DNA of 64,000 bases from Chrysomallon squamiferum (Eukaryota; Animalia; Mollusca). The DNA lies in the NCBI GenBank assembly GCA_012295275.1, contig CM022670.1, positions 17,112,001 through 17,176,000 of the forward strand, read 5' to 3'. Shown here piece by piece: positions 49,601-64,000 of this stretch (within the stretch, counting starts at the first letter, position 1; every line of letters begins with the position of its first letter). Position numbers and translations under genes: made by a program. The notes under the pieces were generated by a model that worked only from the letters and a program-made list of their open reading frames with translations, was not told where the DNA came from and made no database searches.

Positions 49601-52600
49601 TGAAATCTTCACTACAAAAATAAAACATTTAGATAAAAAAAAAAAAATGGTATTGGAAGAGAGCATGGGACTAAAAATGCACTCTTAATGCCACTTTCAG
49701 TTTCTGTTTCCATGGTGACTAATGCTGGACTTCTTCAAAACAACTGAAAATGATCAGTGAGAAAATGTTCCTTGGATCTTATATAATGATATTTTCCTGA
49801 TAACCTTTTTCCTTTATCAAGGAACCACAGACTTCATTCAAAATTAACCAAGCACAGAGAGCATGAACTTTTTTATTTATCTGCTTTCTAATTACTGTTC
49901 AATCAATCAGTCTTGTATGGAACAGAACAGCATAACAATTGGCAGATCAATAAACCACAAGAATAAATGCTGCATGGATGATAGAGTGAAAGAGGAAATG
50001 CAAAAAAAATGGGGTTCCATTGTTTGTACACATCCTCTTCCTTATTTTATAATGAATTAATTTTCAACATTCCACAGCTGATGTATTTATTAACAGCACA
50101 GGAAAATAATCAAGGCCAAACAATTATGGAGGTCAGATCTGAAGAAAACAATAATGCCAAGAATAAAATAAATATAAAAAAAAAAGACATTAAAAAAAAA
50201 AAAAAAATTTTAAATAAATAAAAAAAATAATAATTTTTTATTTTCTTAAAATTATATCAGTCTGAAAAAAAAAAAAAATAAAAAAAAAAAATCTTCTAAA
50301 GAAATGCTATAGTGTTATAAACACTGAACAAAATCTAAATGTAGTAAATGACAATTTTCTGTACAAAATAACCCCACATCCCACTTTGTCGACTAAATTC
50401 ACACTGTGCAGCTGTTGCTGGCTCTGTACCTTGTTACGTTCATTTTAATGGCCGTTTATAAGAAATGTATTGAAAATAGATTAAATCAAAGCAAGCATAA
50501 ATATTTTCCCTCAGAGTGCTACAGCAAGCTGGTGACACTTCAAGGTAATAATAACTGCAAAAGTCTGACTGTAAAATAAATAAAACTGAAAAAACTGATG
50601 AAACTGAAATGTGATTTTAAAATATGTGAAAAAAAAAAAAAAAGAGATTATCAAATATGTTGAACTGAAAATCATTGTAGTATATGTAAAACTGAAAAAT
50701 GATTGCAAAACTGAAATAAAAGCAATTTACATTTGTGAGGAAGATGAACATATTACCTCTATTATTAAATAACTTGTATAACTTGTATTATATAACAAAG
50801 TTTTATTTCAAAGCCATGTTTATTTTTTATTGACTGAAATATTTTTTAAATATATATTATTTTAAATGTATATTTTTTTTAAACCATGTTAAATTCACTC
50901 ACTTGTGAGAACTAGTACTTTTTTTTTTTGTCATCAGTACATTAAACCTGTACATGAAAGAAAAGTTCATGGGAAATTTAGCTGTGATTCAACTATAAGC
51001 CTCACATACAATATTCATTACAATAAAAATGCAAATTTTGCACATGCAATTGAAAACTGAAATGCTACATTCAAATAATGGCCAATACGAGTAAATGGTT
51101 ATGGGACATGTGTGTTGTATCGCTGACAGCTGTTTCAAGTGATAATGTTGTGTGTTTGTTATGTGAGCAGCATTCAGTCAGGATCTGTGATTGTCAAACA
51201 ACTGATAAATTCTAAACCAGATAAATCAGAAATACAAAAATTGTCAACATTTTATTTTTTTTTATTTATTTGTTTTGAAGAAATTTAAAAAGCAGAACAA
51301 TAATTTTAAAAACATCTCTTTAAATATATGCAAACAACTTTTTATTACAATCTGAATAATAAATTTCCTGAAACAGATATTTTGAGGGTAAAAGTTTAAT
51401 TTAAATTTACCATTTTTTTAATATAAAATCTGTGTCTTTCCACCTAAGTTTGTATGTGACAGTGTCTTTAAAACTATTAGTGAATGTGTTCTAATACAAT
51501 TTAATCATAATTTTAAAAAACCAAAAAAAACCCCAAAACCCATGTAGTTCTCAAGTAGTTTTAATTGTATTGCTTTTTCATTCCATTTTCAGTTTGATAG
51601 ACAACAAAAACACATTAAACCATCTGTAATGTTCTGTCAGTTAAGTTAGAAACCAATGTAAACATACAAGATGACTGAGCTATGAAAGAAATCAAGCCTA
51701 ATTTTACTATGGACTTAAAAGGTTTTGTGAAATGTGTGGCTTTAATGAACATGCTATCTTGTCAAATAAACTGAATGTTGTGAGCTGAAGACCAAACAAC
51801 CTAATCCAAAGTGAAGTGTGCATGACAACCATATCTAGCTTCTGGCATGGTTTCATTTTCACATGAAATCTTCAAAATCAAACAGCCAACATGTTAAGTT
51901 AATGGGTTAGGTTAAGCTGATAGCCCGATTCCTCTGTTGTTGAAGTTTTAGAATCACAGGGACAAACATTCACTGAAAGCAAACTTAAACCTATCACTTT
52001 CATTCTAGACATCTGGAGATAATCACACAATAGTGCAGGTGAATATTCTTATTAATTATAAAGATTATATGTGTAATAAATTTTTTGAATGCCTAAGAAT
52101 TCCTGTAATTTTTTTCATGTTATTACAAATGTTTTAAAGAAAATGAAATTTAGAAATATAACAGACATGTATAAACACAGTATGAAGTAGTGTTATATAT
52201 TTCACTGAATTTCATATTTCTGCACTGCAGGGATTGTTGATATATTTATTTATTTTTATTTTTAAATGCTCTATGAGACATCTGACCCTCCACAAAAAAC
52301 TTAACAACAAGCAGCTAGAATTCTTTTTATCATACCACAAACAGGAGGCAAGACAAGCAAACTCGGAGGTTGCCCAGTTAAAGAAGTCGATTGAGGAGGT
52401 TACGTAGGCAGCCATTACACACAGGTAATTCTCACTGCCTCTGCTTTGATCTTTGACATGATTACAACCTGTTTGTTATTTTTCTTCTTTAGCACTTCAT
52501 TACCTGTAATTAGCTGTGAAATGTTAGCTCACAGAGTCAACACATACGTAACCGAACAAGCTAATCATAATCATGTTATACATTTTGTTGTACCTGGGGC

Positions 52601-52929
52601 TTGATACAAAGGCTTTTTATTTTATTGTAATTTCATTTTTCTCTTTTCATTTAGGCTTAACACCTTGTTTTTGTAATAACTAATACAATCATCTGTGAAA
52701 ATCTAGATTTAATAAAGGGTAAGTAAGTATTGTAACTGCTGCCTGAGGTGAAAGGACAATGATGTAGAGATTGCCACAAAGAATTAAGAACTCTTCAACC
52801 ATTTTACAGCCAAAGACTATTCAGACATTTCTTTTATAATTAGAAAAATATTTTAAATGTTAAATCTGACATAAACAAAAAAATGACACAATCATTTTCT
52901 CAACTGCAACAATATTTATTCATTTTCAC

Positions 52930-53052
52930 AATTTTGTTTTCACTAAAAAAGTTACTTAAATATTCATTTCAACAATTTTGTTTTCATTAAAAAAAACCCA
53001 GTTATTTAAATATTTATATCAACAATTTAGTTTTCATTAAAAAAAGTTATAT
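52930..53052. repeat. ~45-bp tandem repeat, 3 copies
   Basis: caattttgttttca(c/t)taaaaaa..gtta.ttaaatatt repeated. Confidence 0.7.
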
Positions 53053-56000
53053 AACCCTCATTATTAATAGATACCACAAACTGTTCAGTTTATGGAATGT
53101 ATCCTGAACCCATTATATATTTATTGCTGCAGTGAATGGACAAAGCTATAAAAGTGTGTGCCAACTAAATCAAAGTACTTTACCGTGAATGAGATCCAGT
53201 TAATGAGCTGGGAATGTTGATTAAGTAGCCTTAATGATTTGTATTGTTAATTAATTTCTTTAGTACTCTTGCCTATTTAATTTATCCTATTAAGTGATAA
53301 TGTAAGTAAATAATAATAATAATAATCATAATAATAATAATAATAATAGTAATAGTAATAGTAGTAATAGTAGTAGTAGTAGTAATAATTATATTAACAG
53401 TAACAATAACAGCAACAATAGTAATAAATACATTTTTAAAAATATCTTGTGTTAATAAATACACAATGCATTAACTACTGTTGATGCAATTCTTTGCAGT
53501 AAAACATTTTTTTTTTTTTTTTTTAATTTAGATATTTGAGTTTGTATACTCAAAATACTTAAGTGAAATATTTAAAACACACAAAATGAGATTCATTAAG
53601 AACTGAATGAAAGATCCATTTGGATGTTTTTACATTTCAGGTGTGACTGTTTATCAAAAAAAAAAAAAAAAAAGTTTATTTTCTGTCTGACAAGATAGGT
53701 GGATAAAAGGTATGAACAAAAATATTTTGCAAACTGATGAATAATAACACTGCAATGAAACATAATAAACTATTAAAAAACACAAAAACTTTATTAACCA
53801 ACAACATTCAACTTGTATTTTAAAGGGGTTTTGTCTGAAATTTCATTTATAAGATGGGATTTCATGTAACAGTGCATATAAAAATATCTTATAGCTAATC
53901 AACATTGTGGTTATTTAGCAGCCTATACAGTAACAGAGGACTATGGAATATTAACAGACCATGAAATAACAGCAGCTGGCTGCATTTTGTATAAAACTGC
54001 TATGCCTGTAACCTTCAGACAGAATGTGATGATGGTCACATTGTATTAACAATGATATCTGAATGTTGGTGAAGGTGATGTAATAATATGTCCATGTTCA
54101 TCTGAAATATATTAAAATCTGTAATTTATACTTTTTAATAACCAGAGGCCAGACAAAAAAAAAAAAAAAAAAAATAGGTAGAAAAGTAAAATAAGGGATT
54201 TTATATTTGTGGGCAAGTCCCAGACACTGAAGACATTAAAATCCAAATTGTCAGTAGTTGATAGTTAAAATACCAATACTTCAGCTATTTCCACTCAAAA
54301 TAGAAATAGTGCAAGTCATTGTAATACTTAATCATGTTAAAGAAGTAATCTGTTATAAATCTAGAAGAAAACTGGATGTCTTGTAGTCTGGTATCACGAT
54401 CTAGTTGTTGCTAACAAAGTACTCTGCCAGTCTGTCAAAGTGTTCTGGACTTGTGTTACTAACAGATTTCAGTTCACCCATTTCTTGACTTCACTGTGTC
54501 ATACACTGTAAACAGCCTGTGATCTATTGTAATGTCAGGCGTGGTTATCTCCTTTCCATCTTCAGTGAAATTCCACCAACCATGCAGCAAGTCACAGGTA
54601 TCAGGTACAGGTGAGAAAATGAATGTGACATGCCTGAGAAAATGTCACCAGCAATGTCTTACTATGGTTAGCTTGTCTGTAACCTGGGAGCGACTGCTGA
54701 TGGAGAGAGAGCTCACCTCAAGCTAACAGACAGTGTTTGACAGATCGGGATTACCACTTCAAGCTGCATCAGGAAAACACAGCCTGGTCTTATTTAACTG
54801 TGTTTGATTTAATCCCACACCTACATGTTTATCATCTTACATCAATGTCGCTGTCTAACTGGAACAAGTGAAATTCATGTCACTGTGCTTCTTTTATGAC
54901 ATCTTCCCATGCAAGTGAAATACACTGAAATATCATTACTGTTTAAATCAATTTAATTTACTTTTTAAAAAATTTTGATTTAAATTACATATACCTCTGA
55001 CACCCCATAACCAATCTGCTTTTCATGTCACATTATCATTAAACATTCATTTTTTTTTTTTTTAAATTCCATGTACAAAAGGAATAACCTGAGGGGGATA
55101 TCAACAGGCATCATGCAGTATTTATCTGTCATATCTACTGACAATAGAATTGCGAGGAGATGAAGACTTGTTCAGCTGTTTGTTTTGTCATCTGCTGTGA
55201 GGATTTGATCAGCAGCGTGGCACTGTGTGCTAATGGACTAATAAAAGTGATGTCTTGTAGAGATCATTATTCTGAAGACTGCTCCAGGCAAAATGGGGAA
55301 AACAGTCAAAATCAAAGATTTGCAGATAACCATGCTGTACACACAGCATACAGTAATCTAAATTTATATTTTTTTTGGTTGAATCTTTTAATACTAGTCT
55401 TTGAAGCTCTGATTATAACAAAAATCCATCATTAACAATAAAAATGTTCACCATCTGATGACCTGATGACAGTGGTAATGTGTATTTCACCTGAAAAAAA
55501 CTTGTTATATTAATTTTGTCAGAAGGTCACACTGATCTTGCTGGTATGGAATTGATGCTGAGAATATTGATCAGTTTCATCATATATTTATAGAATAAAC
55601 AATTTATTTTCTCAGTAGTCTATTATATCTCCTGTACACCAGTAATTTGCACACTCTTTTGTGTGCCGACATGAACTTTACAAACATGTAAGTCTCAGTA
55701 ATTATTTCAAAATAAAATGTCTGCCAGTTGTTCTTCATACACAAGATCAGTTTCAAACCACCATGGTTAAAGTAACATAACAGTATGAAATATATTTGAG
55801 TAAATATTAAAACTGAAAATATACAAAAAAGGTTAAAAATTATCTCCTCTCAAACAAATAAATAAAAAAATAATAATAACAAAAAAAAAAAAAAAAATAA
55901 TAAAAATAATGTTAATCTACCAAATCTCTCTATATTGCTAATTTCATTTTTATAAAATACAGTGCACTATTTGAAGTAGTAGACAAACAAAACAAAAAAA

Positions 56001-59000
56001 CTTCTGTTACTGATCAAACAGAATATCTTTATCAAAACTCACATGATTTTTCTATCAGACATTTTTGCAAGCAGCTGAAACAATAACAATATCTAAAAAA
56101 AAATAGCCGAAACAACAACATCAATAAAATATTTTTCTAACTTCAATATTTGATGTATGCTATGCTTCAATAGAGGGGCAATAAAATCTATTGGACATAC
56201 CCAGTACACTTGGTTATCTTTGAAAATAATTTCAATAGCTGGCTGGATCAATTGATTTTTTATTGATCAGTCTTTACATCTCTCTGTGCTGAGAAGTTGT
56301 GAAACATGACAGATTCCACAGCTCTTGAAAAAAAAACCTGTTGTTGTTACTCTATACTTGATACTTTCAGGTAATTGATTTAAAGATCACAGAAACAATG
56401 ATAGTCTCAAAGATCAAGACTTTTGGTTCACAAACAGTTTTATTTTTCTCCCACAGTTGAACACTAAAAGCACAGTAACAAATAGATTTTGTTTAACAAA
56501 AAAACATAAAATAAACAAAACTTTTCAAGTTGAAGACAATGACACAATAAAAGGAAAATTGATACATCTTTAAAAAAACCCATCTAATATTGATTAAAAA
56601 TAACCACTCTGTTTATTTAATACAATTAGAAATTATTTTTACAGTTTGTAACGAATTTTATTGATTAAATGAAATTAGTTTCTTGTACAAGAAAATCTGA
56701 AGATATTTAGAGATAAAATAAACATAATGTATGTTTATTTTATCTTTAAATAACTCCAGATTACAAAATTACTCAATGTTTAGCATTTGAAACAAATGTT
56801 AGAAAAAATAAATATCAGATGATTCAGGCAATAATATGCACAGGTCTAAACTACCATGAAATGACAAAAAAGAAAGAAAAGATTTTTACGTCCATCTATA
56901 GCATAAAATGGTTAAGAGAAACATTTTCTTACTGCTAGTGTATATAAAAAGATTTTCAAAATTTTGTATAATTTATCTGTTGACAGATTTATTTAAACTT
57001 TATTTAACACATTTACATTTGCTGAACACATTGAGTGTCAGTAACCAAAGTTTTAATAATACAATTAATCTTAGAAAACATTTCTTTCACAGTCCATTCA
57101 GTATCTAAACCATACAAACAATCCATGGTCAGCAATGAACTTCATCAGCAATATTAAAAAAAAAGTACCTGTAAAATGACATCTGAATCCTCAGCATGAT
57201 TAATACTTTAAACAGTGGGATAACAAACTGAAACCTTTCTGTCTGTAACTCTAGGACTGCCGGGTGTGATTAGGGATATATGATTGATGATTCATTACCA
57301 GAACCATGATTACCTGCATCCACTGCATTAATAATTGACTAGATCACCAACCTGGCCTTCACTGGAAGACATTAAGCTTCAAATGTATGAATATGTTACA
57401 AAGCTAGAAAAGTCACTGGACATATCTTAGAAAAATAATAAATTCAGTAGATTATAAGAAAATTAGATTCAGGTATAAACTGGGAAAAATTACAGTTTTA
57501 AACAATAATTCGATGATTTGTTTAAATGAGAAACAAGTTCACATTAAAGTATGGACTAATTCGTTTTTTTAACATGAATATTTTCTTTGGTACAAGTCAA
57601 TTTGCTTATTAGAAATGTTGTGTTTAAATTAATATATAAAAAAACTGAATATTAAAAATCTGTTTTCCAGTTCTTTATATTTATAAAGCTGTCAGTTTTT
57701 ATTTTATAGAAACAGTTAAAAATGTTTGATGAAGGTTTTCAGAAGCCAGTCACAACATTCTTTTCTCCACACCTCAGACACAATGACAAATAATTATACT
57801 GTCTAAAACGATCCAGTAATCAGCTGCAGATTAAAACTAACATTCCAAGCCACAAATTAATTACTGCTTCAAACTGACAGTTATTATGGATTATTTTTTA
57901 CTTGATCATCTATATCTTGAAATTCATCAAATTACAGAATGCCACATATTTAATTGCAGGAAACTCCAATAAAGACATTTACATTTTTTTCAGTCCAGTG
58001 ACATACAACAGACTAATCTGGCTTGACCTCCGACCCCGAAACTGATAAAGGTGGACAATATGGACAGAATCTTGAGTGGCCATTGTGAAAATCCAATTGT
58101 CATGACAATATCAGCAGCCATCTTCTGTCTAAGCGATGATAAATGACTCTTTGATGTTGTCAGAAAAAGGAAAACATCGCTGAAGACATTTGACTACAGA
58201 ACTGTTCTGTGAGAGGTTCTCTTTCAAGCATGACAATAACTTCCCCACCCGATTTGACAATATCGCCCTGCAAACAATGGAAACCTGGCAAACCTGGTGA
58301 TTATCCCGTGATGGATAGTGAAATTATTGGTCGACTTCTAGCAGAGGTGAGACGTGACATAAGACGGAAGAATGGACATTCGGACCGTGGCCAGCAGCTG
58401 CTCGCCAGTAGTACATCTTAAAGCAGTAACCCTCAATTTGCTCAGAAAATCTCTCTCATATTAAAGCCATCAATACATGTTGTGCTGACAGTAATAAGCA
58501 TGACAGTAATTACTGTATATGAAATGCCCATTTCCGTTACAAGCCCATTGTCACAGATGGTGTGTTGATAAGAAAAATCTTTGGTGCTACATGGATGATG
58601 TCAATTAAAAAATCAAACCACTGATTTTTTTTTAAAACTAATAAATGTTGTGTTGAGTATTTCATGGTTTTGTTGTTGGTTTGATGAGAAAGTTGAGTGC
58701 TAATTCAAAATATATAAAGTGGAATTCAGTATACATTTTGTAAAGAATAAACAAGTATTTGATATTTCATTCTTTTCATTAAAACAGATTACACTTGTTA
58801 AAGTAAACTGCACAGATTAAAGTGATGCTTTCAGATGTTTTAATTATATAATAGAATATTGTTATTAATCTTTCCAATAATTTATCACGATTTAGTATTG
58901 TGTAATTGTTTTTAAGCAGTAGTGATTTATGAATAAAAAAATAAAATAAAATAAATAAATAATGCTTTGAAAAACACATTGCCAGTTTTGTAGAAACTCA

Positions 59001-62000
59001 TTACTTTTAATAAAGATAATAGATTATAAATTTCTAATTATTTATTCCTGTCGGAATTGTGACTACATTTAACATTACTAAGATAGCTGCCTGCATTTTT
59101 TTTTTTTTTTTTTTTTTTTTTTGAACAAAAGGAAAGAGTAATAAAATCGTTTTGTTACTGCAACAATGCACTATGCATAAAATCATCCAGCATGTTATGA
59201 AACTGGACACACGATCTGTTACCCAGTCCAAGGTTAGGGTACCATTATCAGTTTCCCTCATCCTTTTTATTTAATGAATAAAAGTGGAAAATTTCATAAT
59301 GGTGTCAATTACAAATTGATTTTCTGCAGATTACAAAAACAGTTCACCACAAATATGCTCTGTTCAATAATTTGTGTTTGTAAATTTCTGCATCACCAGT
59401 CTATTAAATAATGCATAAATTCCCACAGTTTACTAAAAATACATGTTGTTTTTTGTGCTGTTGTATCAAAATTAGTTTTTTTCATTAATATAAAGATTTG
59501 TAAGTTTTCTTATACACCACCAGAACCACTGATTTTTATCAACACTGTAATAAATATTTGTTTTGAATTACAAAAGTTTGAAATGTATACATGTAAACAT
59601 TTTATCAAGTAGATCTGATGTATCAATCATGACTAATTCATTTTAAAAAAAACCCACAAAAACCCAAACAAACAAACAAAACAACAACAAAAACATCATA
59701 CATAAATTGCAAACAAACTGCTATACAAAAAATCTCATTATTTTCTCAGCTAAACTTTATCAAGATCAGATTTAATTACTTACAGAGTTGATTCACGCAG
59801 TTTGATAAGATGATTCTTTCTATTAGTGTAATCCTGTAACTGTCATACTTGGCACTGAAAAATACAATAAGTTATTTGTTACAGAAGTTATTTCACAAAA
59901 AAAAAATACAGCAATATTCCACAGTTACAGGAGTTACTTCACTGAAAAACACAATATTTTACTATTACAACAATTATTTCACTACACAAATACTGCAATA
60001 ATCCACCCAGCAGTTATTTAACTGATTTATCATATTTACACTGAAAAATACAACAATATTCCATAAATGATTTGTCATATTCTGGACTTAAAAATACTTC
60101 ACTATTGCAAGCTATTTCACTTTCTGTAAACTTTCCCCAGGTCTTGCTTTATTAAAGTAGGTGAAAATTAACATGACAAAGCCTGCAGAAATAAAACCAC
60201 TTTATGTAAAGGAAATAAAACTGATACATCGACAAGTAAATGACATTACGTCTGGTGTAATATTTGCAGATATGTAATAAATATCATCTCTGTTCCAGCA
60301 GTTCTGATATTTTGTTCAACTATCTGCATCATTGCGTTTATTAGATCACGACATCATGCAATCTGTTAATAAAACTTCAAAAATTACGTTTGTAGGTAAA
60401 CAGTTTTTTTTTTTTACCTTACCTATAAGTAAACCTCACTATACACAAAACAAAATAGTTTTTTTCCATACAGTTTCACACTGGGAAAACATTGTCCAAG
60501 ATAAGCTATTTTAATGAGACAAGAGAGGCAAGCCTGTTTCCTGTTTAGGCTAAATTGACAAGCAAATCAATGATTTGACATAAAAAACCAGCTAACCTGA
60601 ACGTTTTGAAAGAAGAGCTTTTTGTGACTGCCATCTGCTTTGTACCCATTTGTATCTGGTGCACAGTGTCATTACAAACACAGACAAGCAGCTGTGTGAT
60701 AAATCTAGAGCTTTCAAACTTTTTTGAAAATCATTTTTCATAATGAATGGAAAAAACCACAGCTAATGTTATGTGATTTTTTTAGATTTAAAATATAATA
60801 AAAAATATGAAGAATAAGACCAGGTTACGTGTTAAGATGTCGCTTGAAGTATAGTATATTTATAGAATACTGTTCAGTGTGAATCAGTGAATAAAATAAC
60901 TTGATGAATAAAAAGATGACTGTTAATGAATAATTACTACCTCATGGCTCACCACAAATAATTAACTATCTCATAAGACGTCAGGTTGTTTTAATATTTA
61001 TGATCGTTATGAGACAAATTGGTTTTTGAATACAAGTAATCATGACATTATGCTGTAATTTTCAAGCCAAAGTGATTATTCTTGTCAGATGAAAGATGTT
61101 TCCTACACAACTTCCATAAAAAAAAAAGCATAATGAAAAAGTGATAATTTATACTATACAATATATATATATATATATAAAATGCATGTATTTTTTTTTT
61201 TTTTAAAACTGCTTGTATAGTACTTTTATTCATTTTCGTTTTTAAATTCCAAACTGATTTATTTGGATACATTTCATTATCAGAATAATATTTAGGTACA
61301 TTTTTGAAAATAAATATTTTTATTAGTCACAAATGGAGAGAAAATTTAAATATTAACTATTTTATGACATGTTTTCTTATATAACTTTGAACTGACCATA
61401 GACCCTACCCCTCATCTGAAGGTCACACCAAATGGTCTATATTCTAGCCAATGAAACTAAACTGTTGTACTGCCTATGGGAAGGTTAATGTACAATATTC
61501 TTGCTGCTATAGTCATTAAGTATCTCATGGCTGTGGAAACACTCCTTTCATATTATCACTGACAGTTAATAATTTATTCTAACAATACTGGTTCTTTTTT
61601 CTTTCTTTTTTCTTCTTTTTCTTATCAAGACATGACACTATTGAATTTGAGGAGCGTTTTATGTAAAATGATATATTCACAACTAACAAAATCGGTCTGC
61701 ATATATCGAGAATAATTGAGTAAAGTAAGATCATTCAATATGCAGCTGTTAAGAAAACAGTGTGCTTTATGGTGTTTGATATATTGTTTAATTTGAACAC
61801 TTCGGCTACAGCAGGGAGCCCATTATCACATGATAGCTGTTTACCTCGGTGACAAACATGTCTACACTGGCTAAAATGGTCTGGCATGATTTACTTCAAG
61901 AAACGGGACCCATTCGCACAAAAGGTAATAAACTGATATTAGTTAGTTAGAAACTGCAGAATATCAACTTTAAAATAATAAAAGTCTTACTGAATTACAG

Positions 62001-63641
62001 TAACTTAAAATAAAGTTACAGCTTCACAAAGTTAACAAAGTGACCAGATAATCATTTTGAGATATGAAGATTCAAATTTCCCAATTTGCAGTAAAATATT
62101 AATTAAAATGAATGGAATGCTGCAAGACATGTTACCTAATATTTTTATGCAGACACACAGGAATGAAGGTTTGGTCACACAAACTTTACTGAAATAATAT
62201 CACAGTATGTGGTAAAAACTAATGTGTTTTTAATTCTGTATTTTAAAACTAAAACTTTTCAACTTGGTGCTGGGGCACCATTAAAATTTAATTTTTAAAC
62301 ATTTCCCACTAAATGTTAATAATTATTTAAAATACTTGATTATTATAATGGGTGTGTCTCAGAAAGATCAGTAGTGTACTGTTAGTTTTATAACAATAAA
62401 CTGACTTTTTTTAAATTATTTGGTCCATTTTAAAAATTCCTGACATTCTGCCATTCAGCAATTTTTATTATTTATTTTTAGCATCTTCAATCAGAAAGAA
62501 TTTAATTAAAAAAAAAAAAATAAAAATAAAAAAAAAAATATTGGCGCTACCTTTCCATCCATTATTGCTTTGACAGTACGAGCTAAAATGTGCTAAAAAT
62601 AGTTGAAACTTAACCAAGCAGCAGTAGTGACTGTTTGTGTAGCATTTTTATCTTAATTTCAAGCCATCATCTTCCTTTTGAAAACATCCAGTTTCAACAA
62701 AAATTACAGACATTAAGAAAACCTGGCACTGCTCTAATGTTATAACAAGCTAAAAAATCCAAGTCACTCAGTGATTTCTGGTACTGACTTTATGTGGCTT
62801 TCATAGAAGCAGGTCAGAAATGTTCCAGTTAAATGAAGCAGATCTGATGTATTATGCTGTCTGTTGTCTCACTGAATTGTAACACCGCCAGAAGTAATTA
62901 AAAATATATAAGGACAGCAATAGATCATTTTTTTTTTGTGTGGGTAAGATGTTTTTAAAAACCCAGTTTTCAATAACATTTGTGACAATAGAATATATGA
63001 AATTTCAAGATGTCCATCAAGTTTTTGAAATAAACACTTTAATTATGAAAAACATAATATCAAAAAAAAAAATATATATATATACACAGACACACACACA
63101 CACACATACATACATACACACTATGCTCGTTTCAAAAACAAACTTAAAAATTGTCTTAAATATATTTAAATCAAACTATACAAAATCTTTATTTAAAAAT
63201 TATTAAAATTTTTATTATATTTTTGGTGGGGGTTTTTTGGGAGGGATTAGGTTTTTATTACAACTTTAATCAAATGTTTACAATATATTTTTGGTTTATT
63301 AGACATTTGATCTGAATAAATTAAAAAGTTTGAAATGTATATTATACATATGTATCTGTACATAATGAGCATGTGTGCTTGTGTGCACATATATATATAC
63401 ACACACACACACATATATGCATACATATACACACAAAATGTATAAAAGAAATTTCTACATACAAACACCTGATGAATATCAAACAATTTTCAAAATACTA
63501 TCATTATAAAAATAATGTACAGAGGTGATAATATCACAGGTGATTAGCCTATTATTAACACATCCATCAAAACAATGTACACCATCACTCACAGAATACA
63601 AACTTAATCAATATGTTAATTTTTGATACATTTTTTCTTAC

Positions 63642-63980
63642 CTGCAGTAAAATCCAGCGTTACCTTTGAGAAATAAAGACACATCGTCAGAGATGTCAGT
63701 ACACAATCATCACCTACACTTTACAAAATTTCACAAAACAGAGACGAGAGAAAAAAAAACACAAAAAGCAATGTCGCCAACTGGTCACGCCCGACTGGTG
63801 TTCAAGTCCAGTGATCAGCGCAGACGTGATAACAAACGTTTTCTGTAAATTTCAATAACAAAAACACGAAAAAAAAGCGCTCGCTGTAGTTTCGCATCGA
63901 CAGACAGACATCCACGCACCAACCAACCAGCAACAGCCAACGTACGCAACACTGCGATGTCTGGTTCACTCAATTATTTA
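63642..63980 (-). promoter_or_regulatory. Candidate distal promoter and non-coding first exon (probably of gene B)
   Basis: One of the most CpG-dense non-coding stretches of the window (63780-63960); strong minus-strand donor CAG|GTAAGA at 63641; no coding gene lies between it and gene B. Confidence 0.45.
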
Positions 63981-64000
63981 ACACTGCTTGTTTAATTGTG

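Noticed and set aside
58209-58421. 70-aa ORF in a GC-richer island
   Set aside because: GTG start, short, no family resemblance.
62265-62555. ggggcacca ... tggcgctacc as inverted termini
   Set aside because: Match too short and imperfect.

Overview
This is eukaryotic, very AT-rich, microsatellite-laden animal DNA. It is most likely a lophotrochozoan, probably a mollusc, judged only from the protocadherin tail motifs; the species cannot be determined. The only convincing protein-coding content is a convergent (tail-to-tail) pair of paralogous 7-cadherin-repeat (delta1-like) protocadherin genes. Gene A (+) has ATG at 23350, a large ectodomain+TM exon to 25994, and cytoplasmic exons 27531-27705 and 28278-28303. 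Gene B (-) has ATG at 41896, a large exon to 39181, and cytoplasmic exons 36438-36268, 35854-35731, a candidate 12-nt microexon 34912-34901, and 32633-32137. Each gene carries a single 1-nt frameshift inside the last cadherin repeat just before the TM helix; these are either sequencing indels or real lesions giving secreted ectodomains. The rest is long non-coding/intronic DNA with candidate non-coding first exons and promoters, RFX X-box-like sites, several minisatellites (one with a 100-bp higher-order structure) and many microsatellites. Almost all other ORFs in the track are low-complexity or antisense artefacts. No rRNA, tRNA, CRISPR array or coding transposon was recognised.
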